Positions 39,401 to 52,643 are shown, counted from the whole stretch's first letter. The stretch is DNA of 62,992 nt, filler included, from Jimgerdemannia flammicorona (GCA_003990765.1; 2 parts of 2 records of this genome joined end to end with filler, not necessarily neighbours in it), one strand, 5' to 3'. Numbers and translations: made by a program. The notes: a model not told the origin generated them from the letters alone.

Positions 39401-40845
39401 ACAACATTGTTGTAAACTTTCTCTGCTTTGTGAATGATGGTAATTTTGTAATCCTGAAGAATAAAGATCCAGCAGGCTAGGATTCTGGTGGGTTCTTTGT
39501 GGTTGAATAGCTATTTGAGAGCTGCATGGTCTGTGATCAGAGTGAACCTTTTTCCAATAAGATAATGTTTGAACAGAATGACTGCCTATATGACTGCAAG
39601 ACACAATTTAGTACTACCATAGTTCATCTGCTGCTGATTGGTAGCTCTGCTTACATAAGCTATCATATGATACTATTGATTGAGTCCTTCTTGGGCTAGA
39701 ACTGCTCTAAGGCCATCTTTAGAAGCATCTGTATACAAGATGAATGACCTCTGTAGATTGGGGTGCACAAGGATTGGTGCTGTAGTCATGCAGTTCTTGA
39801 GTTCTTTGAAGGCTTTTTCTTGTGATTCTGTCCATTTGAATGGCACTTCTTTCTTGAAAAGGATTTGGATTAGGGCAGTGATTTGGGCAAAGTCCTTGAT
39901 AAATCTTCTATAGTAGGATACTAGCATCAGGAATGATAGTGTTTCCTTCAGGGTCTTTGGTACTGGCCAATTGTTGATCTTCTCAGTTTTCTTTGGGTCT
40001 GCATGGGTTCTTTTTTTTGAAACTATGAATCCAAGGAATTCAAGTTTCTGTTTTCCAAAGTAGTATTTCTTTGCATTCAATCTTAAGTGGTTCTTATGGG
40101 TGAGTTTGAAGAATTCCTCTAGGTAGTGCAGGTGTTCTTCAAAATTTGCTGAATAGATGTTAGAATCATCCATTTATACAATCAGACAGTGGTGGATCAA
40201 GGGGGCATAGACTGAATTCATCATCCTCTGGAAGGTGGGGAGTACATTGCAAAGTTCAAAGGGCATTCAGAGGTACTCAAACAGTTTTCCTAGAACAAGG
40301 AAGGCTGTCTTTTGAATGTCCTTGGGGTCCATGGGGATCTCATGGAATCCTGCAAAGAAGTCCATACTGCTGAAGTATCTGGTATCTTGTAACTGATCCA
40401 AAAGGTCATCGATTCTGGGCAAAGGATAGGCATCCTTTTTGGTGACTGAATTGAGTTTCCTGTAATCCACACAAAGTCTCCATCTCCCTTTCTTTGGTAC
40501 AATAAGTATAGGGCTGGCCCAGGGGCTGGTAGAGGGTCGGATGACCCCATTGTCTAAGAGTTCTTTAATGTGCTCTTTTTCGAATATCTTTGAGTGATGG
40601 GGTATTCTATAGGGTTTCTGCCAGATGGGTGTTGTATTTCCTGTATTTATGCTGTGATAATATGATGGATTGTATGGCAGGTTGCCATAATCAGTAGTGA
40701 AGATATCTTGATATTTGTTGAGAAGTTCTACTAGTTGTTGCTGTTGTTGAGGTGTCAATTCTTCTCCAATATTGGTGGAAGGCTTCACTGTCTTCTGGGT
40801 CGCAGAGGGGTCTTTCCTTTCTTCTGGGACCTTTTGCCATTTCAC
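39401..40845 (-). pseudogene. Reverse transcriptase and RNase H
   Basis: SPWASPILIVPKK.RWRLCVDYRKLN..KDAYPLPRIDDLL, MDD, YYRRFIKDFA, LYTDAS, TLITDHAAL. Confidence 0.95.
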
Positions 40846-41289
40846 AATAGGTTTAGTTCATAGATTTCCCTATGAGTTTGGTTGAGAAAAGGCACCAGAT
40901 GTCCTATGATGGTTCCTTTTGGCAATATGATGGTCTCCCAACTTTGGTTGGTTGCTTGGGAGTATACTGGATTCATCTTGTCAGGGACTGTGTATCTCTC
41001 TATATCCAGGTGGGGAATATCTTCCTTGGGTTTGAAGAAAAGGTTTCTGGGGTCGGGTGGTGCAAAGATTTCAAAGGTAGTTTGTTCTCCAGGCTCTAGG
41101 ATCAGATTCTTGTACAGTCTGACTGGTTGCCAGTATACTTGCTGGGGAACATTCCTCTTGAGGTGGTTGACTTGTAGGAGGTGTACTTCCTTCCTGTCTG
41201 AACTTCCAAATTCCTTGGCTTGTCTTGTTCCTTTAGTTAGTTTGGAGACTTTCTATAACTGTGGGGTCTTGACCTTCATGAAGACTGCT

Positions 41290-41605
41290 TGGGCAATCTT
41301 CTGTCCTCTAATGATTTGGTGCTATTCTGCACTGCTGTTGTGTAAGATAACTTTGATTTTACCCATATATCCTAGGTCAATGGTTCCTCCTTCCACAGTT
41401 ATTCCTTATCTGGCAAGTCCAGACCTTGAGGTCAGTTGGATGTAAGATCCTTGGGGTGGCTGTATGGCTAATCCAGTTCTGATTATGAAGGTTTTTCCAG
41501 ACTTGATAGATTCATCCTCCAGACTGTAAAGATCATACCCTATATCTTCTGGATGAGCTTTGGTCGAAGGTTTGGCCTTGGGATGTAACAGGGCATACTG
41601 GGCAA
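41290..41605 (-). pseudogene. dUTPase domain within pol, upstream of RT
   Basis: KAHPEDIGYDLYS...TGLAIQPP.GSYIQLTSRSGLAR*GITVEGGTIDLGYMGKIKVIL.N...IAQAV: trimeric dUTPase motifs I-IV. Confidence 0.92.
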
Positions 41606-42894
41606 TGTCCTTGCTAAGTTTGGGCTGTTCTAGGGCTGAGGCTCTGCTAGTAGAGAGTCTCCAGGCTCTGAGGTTGAGGTGTGGCCATCTGGCTCCAGTA
41701 GAGGGGTCTTGGAGATAGTTGATTCCTCTTCTTCCTATAGGGTCTAGGGCTTCCATGAAGTTGGTGGCATCTTCTGCCCATCCTTGGCAGGTTGTATGTC
41801 TGATGAGAGCTAGGATGTCCTCTCCTAAATCATAGATCTTGAGGGTCCTTCTTCCTGGCTTTTTGGTCTGGCTTTTTTAAATCTGGCTTCAGTTATCTCT
41901 TCTCTTCAAGGTGTAAACTGCAACATCATGACTGAGATGGATCTTCTGATGCCTGCAGTCTTGGCAATCTGGGTGTCTTCTATGGTTGCAATATCCCATT
42001 GCTCAGAAATAATGTTCTCAGTTGTTAATCTCTTATTGTCTCGGGAATTGGTATCCATCTTGGTCATAAGTTGGTGGAAGAGTAGACAAGGGGTATACTT
42101 CTGTCTGGGTGAAGAGGCCTTATCCTCTAAATCAGCTTTGCAACTTGGTGGTAACTTCTTGAAAGGTAGTTGACTGTGTAACTATGTTTGGGGGTTCTGA
42201 TCTCTGGGGTCTCTATCTCTCCTATTGGTCTAGTAGATGGCACTAATAGCAGTAGTCTCAGGGAGAGTGAAAGACCATTTGGTGTGGACATCTTTCTAGC
42301 TGAAAAGCCTTTTCTTGGTGAGTTTCTTTCTTAGGGATAATGGTGATTGTGCTTGGTCCTTCTTCTATATTCCAAGGGTCATTATCTTCAGGTGGTGTCC
42401 ATCAAGGGCCATCCCAGAGAATGAGTTCAGGGACCTCTTCTTCTTCAGGTGCTTCTTGTTCAGGAACTTCTTGGTCTGGGACTTCTTCTTCTTCAGATGA
42501 TTCTTGTCTCCAAATTGCTTGCACTTCTGCAGCTTTGGCTACAGGTATTTCTGGAGCATGTCTGCATTTCTTCTTCTTCTTTCTGCACTCAGGGCAGGCT
42601 GCACCAGGTGATTTCCTTGTCCCAATGATCTTGGAGGAGTGCTCAGGGCACTTGTGTCTCTTGAGGCAGGTGGGGCATTCCTTGCTTTCTCCTACAATGG
42701 CTCCAATGGTAATGGGGACAGTATTCTTAGCCCATACATTATCTTCTGGTCTGTCATCTATCAGGTTAATTCAGGGATTGAGTCTAGGATCATTTCCATC
42801 TTCAGATTCTTCCTCTTCTTCTGTGGTAGATTCTTCACTACTGGCATATTCCTCCTGGATAGTGACCTTCTTCTTCTTCTTTGATTGCTCATAG

Positions 42895-43250
42895 CTAGTC
42901 ACCTTAACTCTGTACTTCTTGCCTTGGTAGTCAAACTTGAGTACTTGTTGACCAATATCAACAACCGCATTCATTTCCTTCATCCAGTTGGTACCAAGAA
43001 TCATATCATAGGTGACAGCTTTAGTGACAACAGCTTTTGGGATGGAGAACTGAATCCATCCAAGGGAGATGGTGATATTTTATACTTCTCCAAGGGGTTG
43101 AGTTCAGGCTCTATCTACTACTATGATGCTAAGGTTGAATGGTCCATCAATGGGCCATTAGAGGGTATCCAAGAATCATTTTACAATGACACAGACAGCT
43201 ACTCCTGTATCTATGAGGATTTTCGCCTTTTGACCTCCAATATCTCCATG
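42895..43250 (-). pseudogene. Retropepsin-like aspartic protease
   Basis: ILIDTGVAVSV ... YDMILGTNWM. Confidence 0.9.
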
Positions 43251-43299
43251 TAGGTAGGTGCTGACATGTCTCTCAGCTGCTTGGACAGAGATGGGAGCT

Positions 43300-45150
43300 G
43301 GTTCTTGCTGTGGGATTGGAACTCAACCAGTGCTAGACCTGGTGGTTCTCAGCAATTTGTTTCCTGGTGTCAGTTGCAGGAACTGCAGGAGAGGGACTTC
43401 CATCTTGGCCTCTTGAATCTTCTACCAGGCTTCATTGTAGATGTCTCTAGACATGGTCTTTGGGATGTACTTCTTCTTGGACTTTGGGGCAGCAGGTTCC
43501 TGTTCTTCTTGTTCTATTTCTTTATCTTCTGATGACAACTCATTTGTCTTGGGGACAAATGGTGAGGGGGTTCAGGGAGGTGTTTCTACTTGTTCTTCCT
43601 CATGTTCTTCATCTTCCTCATGGATGATCCTTCTGCTGATATTTCTGGATGGCCTTCCTATAGGTCTCTTCCTTTTCTCTGCTGGGTAGACTGTTTTTTG
43701 GATGGTAACCTTGGTAGGGTACAAGTCTAGGTCACTGTTGTCTTCACTATTGTTTGCTTCCTCAAAATCTTCAATAGGGTGGGCTTCAGTCTTCTTGTAC
43801 TGAGTGTCATTCCTTCAGTTTGGTGGTTCTGAGTCCCTTTGGTGACTTCTTTTGTTGTCACATTCAGTGGCATAGTGTCCAAATTGTCCACAGTAGAAGC
43901 ATTAGACTTGAGCTCTTTCTTGGACAGAGTATCTTCTTTCTTCTTGCTGGTAATTCCTGTTATCTTTTGGTAGATAACCTTGGCTCCTCTGTGGTGGATA
44001 TCCTCTGTTGTCTTGGTAGCTCCGATTTTTACATATGGTGAGTTTTTCAATCTGTCTAACCAACCAGTCCAACTTTGAGCTGAGGTCTTGGATTTCACTT
44101 CTATCCTTCTTTCCTTCTTTGGCTGGCCTTTTTTCTTCAGATCTTTCTTGTCCTTGAAGGAGTCCTTGCAGGGCTTTGATCAGAATGTCTTCTTTATCTT
44201 CTTTCTTGTCATGATCACTCTAAGTGGTTCCTTGTCTGATATCAAAGAATCCTTGGGCTGCATCCACTTACTCTTCAGACCTTCTGATGCCTAGGGTGTA
44301 GACATACTGGACAATGTTCAGGGGAATTCCATTCATGAAGGTCATTGGACCTATGATATCCTGGTTGGTGGCATTGAACCCAGCAGCATGCATTCTTTTC
44401 TGGATTCTTGTGAAGAAGGCTCTGAGTAATTCTCCAAGATTCATCTTCATCTCCATGATGGATTCCTGTGCCTTATGGCAGGTTTCATTTTTTGCATACT
44501 TTGTAATGAGCCAGTGGACTATGACCACATATTCTAGCTTATAAGACATTGCTGCTTATATCTGTCTCACCAGTTCTGAATCTGAGTTGTCTGCTGTTTG
44601 ATGGAAAATTCCTCTGGCTGGTTCTCTGAGCTGAGCCTTGTAGATGGTGATTTTTCTTTCATCCGAGAGGTTTCTCAGGGCTGCAATTCCTTCATTTCCA
44701 TCAAGGAATTCTCTGGGGTCTTCCTCTGGGTATCCTGCATAGGTTGGCAATGAGGTGGCCATTTCATCATCACTTTCTTCTAATTCTGGTTCTGGCTCAG
44801 ATTCTGATTCTGATTCACTATCTGAGTTATCACTGGAGATGGGGGTGCTTGGGTATCTTGAGGATGGTGTTCTGGACCTTGAATGAAGTGGAATGAGCCT
44901 AGGTATTCTTGTAGGAGCTACTTTCAATTCTGCAAGTAGTTGTGGTAAAGGTTCTATTGGTGAGATTGATGGGACTAGTATGGGGTATCTGGCTGTAAGA
45001 TCTCAGGCTTATGTGATAAGATCTTCTAGTTCTTGTGCAAGTTCTTCAAAATCTCCAGCAGGGCCACCTGTGTCATCTGGTTGGTCTTATTGGGGATTTC
45101 AGGCTGTACTGCCTTCTGGTTCTGATTGGGATCCTTCTGATGCTAGGTAG
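43300..45150 (-). pseudogene. gag (acidic SESE tract, capsid, zinc knuckle)
   Basis: LPTYAGYPEEDPREFL; C(F)YCGQFGHYA..C knuckle at ~43860-43905. Confidence 0.8.
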
Positions 45151-46604
45151 TTGGCAAGTCTTGATGTGATTACTTCTCTTCCTGCCCAAATGCTGGTGAT
45201 AACTAGTTCTCCTGTAGTGGCAGAGATTAGTGTTATATCAAATATATCCAGTTTGACTGTGGGTTCTTGTGAGCTGAAAAGTCACATTGATTTTAAAATC
45301 TTCCTAGTTGAGCCCCCAAATGTAATGTACTTGGCTCAATGAAGGCAAATTATAAGGTTGGGGGTGGATGTAGTTTGGATGGAGCCTCCAGTTACTTTGT
45401 TAAAAGCAACAAAATGTTCTTAGTGTTTAGTGGTATAATAGTAAAGATCTGGATACTATGTGAGCAGTTTCTTTTTTAGGACAGGTTCTTGGGTGTAATA
45501 GCAGTTTGTGTGAGTAGTTTCTTTTTTAGGACAGGTTCTTGTATGTAACAGCAGTTTGTGTGAGTAGTTTCATTCTTGGGTGGCAGTCAATTTGTGTGTA
45601 GCATGAGCAGGTTCCTTATTTGGGTCAACTGGGAATGCCATAATTTTGTATAGCAAGGCAATCTCCAAAAGTATATAATTTCTGACATGATGATCTCTTG
45701 TATAGCACAACAATCTCTATATAGTGTGAGTGGATTTCCTTATGTGGGTCAACTGGGAATGTGGCGATCTGGCAGATAACTTGATTTGGTAGATGATTTG
45801 GATAAATTGGGTGAGGCAGATAATTTGGATAACTTGGACAAGGTAGATAACTTAATAACTTGGATAACTCAGATAACTTGAATGTGGATAATTCGAATAA
45901 TGTGAATTCAGCAGGTTTCTGGCTTTGTCTGGTAAGTATACCAAAATATAGTGGGTTTATTGGGAATACTGATGAATATAGCAGGCTCTCTGGGAACAAT
46001 AACTTGGGCGATGGGCTTTACTGGGAATGGTGGATAACTCAAAAGTTGGCAAAGTCCTTCACTTGAACTTAGACAGCAAATCTTCAGACTTATCAGGTAA
46101 GCAAACCAAAAGCAGATTCTTCTTTATATCAGAAAGTAGACCAGAGTAGAAGAGAAGAGAACCAAGCTCACAACTTCTTGGCAGTGGCTTTTGGCAGGCA
46201 TATCTCCTAAGTGTTATAATCTAATTGCTTTAGAATCAAGTAGCTTTTAGCAGGTATTTCTCCTAAGTGTACCAGACAATTGACTTTTGCTTTGGTTTAT
46301 ATTCAACTTTCAGACTAAGGTTTATTCACTCTTGTCTCTGGGGTATTTTATACATTGTGGTTACTATCTGGTTGCTATCTGGCTAACTATAGATTTGCTA
46401 TTTATGGTGTGTTTGGGTGAACAGCCACTGTCTAGCAGACAGTTACTGTCCAGGGAACAGCCACCATTCACATTATTCCCTTCTTTGGCTATCTGGTTAT
46501 TTATATATTTTCTGCAGTAATGGTTGCTGATTACTATGCTATGCTAATATTTACATCACCTGGTTGGTTTTGAGATTGCTATATTTTGTGGTTTGTCACA
46601 ATAC

Positions 46605-46725
46605 CAATAAGGACACCAGGAATCTTAGAACATTTTGTTGCTTTTAACAAAGTAACTGAGGTTTCAAGCCAAACTACATCAACCCCCAAACTTGTAATTT
46701 TCCACCATTGAGCTGGTATATTATA
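46605..46725 (+). repeat. 3' end of an older family A LTR (left part 36523-36560) that received copy 4
   Basis: 36523-36560 joined to 46605-46725 reproduces 1793-1950. Confidence 0.85.
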
Positions 46726-47089
46726 ATATGAATAATATGATAAATAATACAAACAATACAAATAATGTGAAAAATGTTATCTAGCTTATATATCTCTGAA
46801 TACTCAGTACTATAGTAAGTATTATACAAACTATTATAATAATATATTTATCTAATAATCTATTTAGTTTCTTGATAACAAAGGTCCTGATTTTAAAGGT
46901 CATTTATATTATAAAATTAGTCACTTATACTAAGTCAGAAATTATAAATCATTACTTAGCTAACTTGTATAAATACCCCCAGTATTTCAATCTGAAATAA
47001 AGCAGTTTTTATTCAGTTCTTGATATAAGAATCATATTCTCTCTCTATATATATATTCTTCTGAGTCTTAGTAATAATATCTAAGTAAC
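46726..47089 (+). repeat. Family D LTR fragment (+), interrupted by an inverted D LTR
   Basis: Reverse complement of ~47401-47820; TATAAATACCCCC ~46968 and AATAAA ~46996. Confidence 0.8.
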
Positions 47090-47835
47090 TATAATAACCC
47101 TCTTTCTATATCTCTCTTATCCTTTAGATAATTAGGGAAATAAGATATTATTTAGAGACTTCATACATATGTAAGTTTACCAAGAAGCCTTCAGTGTGAG
47201 GAAGTACTCACTTAAAAGTAGTTATAGCAGCAATATCCTTCTTAATAACTGCAGTTATAAGGGACTTATTTATTACTGTGCACAGACCTTGGAATTTAGG
47301 TATAATAAGGAGTTTTCCTTAAATCTTTTGGGATTTATATACTGGTCTTTGGTTCTGGCAGAAGTTAGCTAGGCTTCTAGAGTTTAGTCAGAAACACCAG
47401 AGTTACTTAGGTATCATTACTAAGACTCAGAAGAATTATGTATGTAGAGGAGAGACTTGATTCTTATATTAAGGACTGAACTAAAACTGCTTTATTTCAG
47501 ATAGAATATTAGGGATATTTATACAAGTTGGTTTGCAATTTCTGATAAAACTGCTTTATTTTAGATGGAATATTGGGGGTATTTATATAAGTTGATTCAT
47601 GATTTCTGACTAAGTATAAGTAACTAATTTGGTAACTATAGATGAGATTTGTGATTATGGCCTTTATGATTAGGTCCTTTTGTAATCAGGATTTTTTGTG
47701 ATCAGAATCTTTTATAATATAGATTCTTAGGTAATGATTAGTTGCTATGATAATTTGCTATAGTATCAGTTATTGGAGATAAGCTGGATATCATCTATCT
47801 GCATCATTCACATCATTCATGTTCTGCTTATTACA
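47090..47835 (-). repeat. Family D LTR
   Basis: Homologous to 60783-61596; TATAATAAC...ATTACA ends. Confidence 0.82.
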
Positions 47836-48139
47836 TTTGTCTAGTGCTCTGAATGGATGCAATTTATCCAGATGAGATTCAAATCAGATTTGTTATGTGA
47901 TGATTTAAATTAACTCGGATTGGTCTTGTGATCTGATCTGAATTGATCTGGATTAATCCAGATTAATCCCTCTGGATTGATCTATCCAGATTGATCACAC
48001 AAAATCTTTGGTAATATCACTCTTTCTTTTTATTCATTTTTCACTCTTTTTTTTTTCCTGCTACATTTTAGTGATATCACCCTTTCTTTTGTTTCTTCTC
48101 TTCTTTTGTTCTTTCTTTGTTCTTTTTCTTTCCTGCTAC

Positions 48140-50134
48140 ATCACAAGTAAACAAAACAGCAGCCCTTAATCATATATTGGTCAGTTTACTCATTTTTTTA
48201 CTCTGTAATGATCATCAAAAGAGAGAGTATTCAAGGTAAAAATACACTCTCTGCTGACAATATTAGATTCTTTCTCATATGGGCAGCATACAAGCTACTC
48301 ATCAAGAGTGGTGGCAATAGTGATAAAAATGGCTGAGATGAGGGAGAATTCTGGCAACAACTCATAGTGGTCCTTCGGACCTCAGAATTCACAGACCTCA
48401 CAGCTATATGTGGCAGCCTTTCTAGAGCAGCTGATAGTAGATGTAGATTGCTCTTTTTCTGCTACTACTTGTTTAAAATCCCCCAGTATCTCAATTCACC
48501 TCATGCTTTTCTTAGGGTCCACAGCTCTCTGGCAAGATCTGCCAACTTTATTCACAACATCTGGTCAAGATGAAGAAAGGCTGGAGGATGTTGCAGGGCA
48601 TACCTTTAGTGGCTGAGCAGTTGAGTCAATGTATCACATAGTAGAGATCTCAAAAGGAACAGAAGCAAGCCTTCACGAGCAATCTTGTGTAACTCGTCAG
48701 CATGCAACTCATTGGCATTCAACTTACTCACATATGCTCTTTTCTGAAAATACCCCTCTCTGTATTTTATTTAACTTCATTTTTATGTGGTCTCCCCTAA
48801 AAAGTCCCACACAACACCCACATGCAACCTGTCTACATGCAACTTGTCCAAATGTAATCTGTCTGTATGTAACCCACCCACATGCAACCTGTCTACATAC
48901 ATATCTTGGCCTCTCAGATCAGGGCTCAGTTCTATTGGAAAGGAGAGTTCAAAGTTACCCAAGTTCAACTATATCCAGCATTTGATCAAATAGAGAAATT
49001 TAAGGGCAAGATGTTCAGCATGAGTAGTACCAGCATTATCATCAAGACTTGGGGGTCTATATTCAAATCAGAGCTAATCATTCTTGACCAAGGGGTCCAT
49101 TGGTCAGTAGGAGTAATCAACAATGAAGAGAATCATATTATTGTTAATGATTGTGGAGAGGTGGTTGTGATGGTGGTAAGAAACCTCTATGGTGATGAGC
49201 TTTGCTGTCACATCAATGAGGTTTGCAAGGATTGTATCAAATACTGGGTAGCAGAAAATTGGAGGTGAAAAAAGTAAGGAGGGGGGGTTTGGACAGGAAT
49301 TGGGTATACTGCAACATTAGTGAAGAGTGGGTTCCAGCATTCTGAAATCCCCCACACTCATCTCTCTTTTTTTTTTTTTTTTCCTCCTCACCAGATAATC
49401 ACTCTCTTTGCTGACATACTCTTTTTTATACAATTCCAGAAATGTACAAGATTCTGTACCCCTACTGGAACTTTAGAAGTGCTATTTAAGAGCAAACTAT
49501 ACTTGAGCACAATATGGCCTGTGCAGTAATAGTGGCTATGATCTGGGGTTCTTTGAGCTGATTGGTAGAGTATATGGCAGGCCAGCTTTGTGGTGATCTC
49601 AGTGCAGCTGTATATACATTCTTGGTGCAATTTAGTGTACCATATGAGGTGAGGAGCTTCACATTTTTGATGCTGCAGCCCGGGGGGTTTCTGCCCCCCT
49701 GCATGCAAAAAGAACGGATCAGATGCTATCTGTTTTGGCAGGTTTCTAAGCCAGGGCTCCTGGGGCTGGACCAAGGGCAGATATCCACCAGTACAGCCTA
49801 GCAGTATGAGGTCCTGGGCCAAGAGTTCACTCAACCATATACTTGGATCACATTAGGATACATTGGACACAACATTTCTCTGCCCATATATACAGACATC
49901 AACATCACTCTAGTAATGTTTTATATTCTGGAAAGGAAGGGTCCAACCTGGAAGGATAGCGATGGAGTCTGGTATAACCTCACCTATGGTTTTGGGGTCC
50001 CATTTGTGGCCAACACAGCTGTCCTATTTCAACCACACAACTACCATGGTACTGTCATCTTTGAGGAGAGCTCAGATATAATAGTTATCACACTCACAAT
50101 AGATGACAGATTCATCAAGGTCTGGGACCAGTGA
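48140..50134 (+). pseudogene. hAT cargo gene, older copy (putative 2OG-Fe(II) dioxygenase)
   Basis: Same exons as 52988-55047; reads NISLPIYTD (H>Y decay) ... LFQPHNYHGT. Confidence 0.65.
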
Positions 50135-50920
50135 GTGGAGCAGTTTTTGTGAGGGTTGGGCAGTCTTTTGTAGGGGGTTGGGCTGATAACTGGGCACCTC
50201 TTTCTGTAGCACTAGTTTAGCCATTATGTCAGGCCCTACTGGCCCCTTGGCCCTGCTCTGTGGTGCTGCCAGCGTGGCACTACAGTGCAGGGCCAGGATG
50301 CCTGTGGGACCCGACCAGTGATGGGGCCTGAATCTGTGGTGGACTTCGACTGCTGGAAGCATCCTCTGACTGCCAGAAACACCCTCTGACCACTGGAAGC
50401 ACCCTCTGACCACCAGAAGTACCCTCTGACCTGGACTCAGACTCCTTGGTGGCTTGGGGTTGCCCCTTTGCTGCTGGTGGAGGACTGCAAATTTTGTGCA
50501 CTCCCTCCACCACCCCACCAACCCCCAGCCTGGGCACAGGCTGCTTGGGGTTGCCCCAAGCTGCTGGCAGGGGGCCACAAATTTTGTATACTCTCTTTAC
50601 CTACCCCTGCCCTCTGTCTACCCTCCTGTTCCAGACACTTGTGGCTGCCCCTTACTACTGGTGGAGGGTCACAAATTTTGCACACTCTCTCTGCCCACTG
50701 ACCCAGGCACTGACAGCATGGGGCTGCCCCTTGTTGCTGGCAGAGGGCTACAAATTTTGCATGCTCCCTCCACTACTGCCAACCCCACTGACCACTGCCC
50801 CACTTGGGCTGCAAACTCCAGACCAAGTCCAGGTTTGTTTTTTCCTTTTTTATTTTTGAAAAAGAATTAAATAATCTATGGGCCAATTAACTTATCTGTG
50901 AAACCCAGGACCTGCCAAAT

Positions 50921-52643
50921 TTTAGCAGCCTGAGCCCCACTAAGATTTCAGACACATACATGCCCAGATTGTCTCAGTATTCAGTACACATCTCTTAGGG
51001 GCAATGAGATTCACTCTGCCTGAGAACACCCACTCAACAAGAGCACTGGTGGCAGGAATTGCCAGGTAGTTCAAGCCATACCACATAGGCTGGAGAAGTC
51101 TGTTTGACATAGCTGCAGCTACACACCTTGGTGGGTAGAGCAGTGGTTAGGTTAGAGGATTAAATTGGCCCAATGCAACCAACTGCCTGCCTGATAACTC
51201 ACCTTCTACCAGTTGAGCACCTCCATTCCCTCTAGCAGGATCATGCAGTCACTGGTGAGGTAAATGGTGAGTTCATCTATTGATGGCAGCTCTTCCACTG
51301 ATAGCTCCCTCTTCATCTTTCTGCTGAAGTAAATGTGGGACAGGAGGGATCTCTTGGCATATTTGTCCAGACTTCATCCAGAATCTTGTGGCAGTACATA
51401 GTTTTTCCAGTACATTTCAATTATGGCCTGCTTGGTTTCCTCAATAAAGTACTACTCCCAGCTCTAATCTTTATAGTATTGTAGCTTTAAGTGTAGGTCC
51501 AGCACTGTTTGGAGAAAAGAGAGTGAGTTTTTGCAGGGGTTTCTCTATTTTGGAAGAGGCAACAACCACATGCCAACATATCTATACTGATTGAGTATAT
51601 GATAGCATCGGTTTAGGAGTAGTATTTTCTGAGCTTACTTAGAGCAACCTCTATGGTATCTCTCTGATCTGGACTTAACTATAAATTACCACAACCCTCC
51701 AGCCTATTCTTGAGCTTGTCCTCTAGCCAGTCAATCAAAAGGTTGTATACTGGTATTGCAGAGCTTATTGTCAGGGTTATTTGTTTGACTATATCCTTCA
51801 TACAATCGTCAAAACACTGGCATTTATATGCAGTGAGGTATTATATTGTTTAGAGGCAGACAAAATGAGTATGGGGCCAGAGCAATCACTACTTACTTCC
51901 AAAATGCTGACCACATTCCTAAGTACATCCCACTCACTTTTACCTAGTGCCTTGCCCCACATTTCCTTGTTGGCAGCAACTGTTAAATCTATTGGCTTGT
52001 TTTGTTTTTTTGTTTACAAAAAACCAAACAAAATCCTCAATTATCCAAAATAAGTTGCTTTAGCCAACTGAAAAAAAAAGGACACATACCACAGCAAATT
52101 CCAGCATGCACTGGATCATTGCAAATATTGAGTTCCAATATGTACAGATGTCCAATATCAGCTCCTTCAGGGCTAAACTGATTGCCCTACACTGTGCAGC
52201 AAATTTGTCTCATCATTGTGGGGATGATCAGACCAATACAACTAGTTTGCACAGCTTGGAAACTATACTCTGGGCCCCTCCTCTCTCAGATGTTTTGTCT
52301 ACATGCATAAGATAGCTCTGAACAGTGAGGTTTAGTATGTGGGCCTGGTATCACACACAGTAGTTTTTTGCACCAAAGGCCACATTTTCCTATTTGAGGC
52401 TGTCTGCTAAAACTTCAAAAAATGTTGAGTTGTTTGTGGTATTGTCTGTCATAATGGCCAAAATCTGTACTTGAAATATTCAGTTGGCCAATTTATACAA
52501 AAATAAATAACCAATAAAATCTGTTTGTTTTAGAAACTCTCTCAAAATACTGACCTGATGGTAAGTCCCCCTTTTTTACCTTGGTTGTGATCCCAAGCTC
52601 CTGGATACAACTAATAAAAGCATCTACAATGTTTTCTCCAGAA
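50921..52643 (-). pseudogene. hAT transposase, older copy, C-terminal part
   Basis: MTDN, AHILNL, WNS, IPATSALVEWVFS remnants. Confidence 0.88.

Larger units (their letters stand above)
36561..46600 (-). mobile_element. Gypsy A copy 4, full length (3' LTR 36561-37780, 5' LTR 45321-46600)
   Basis: Both LTRs TG...CA; perfect 4-bp TSD ATAC (36557-36560 / 46601-46604); PBS 45301-45320; PPT 37781-37793; complete domain set. Confidence 0.96.
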
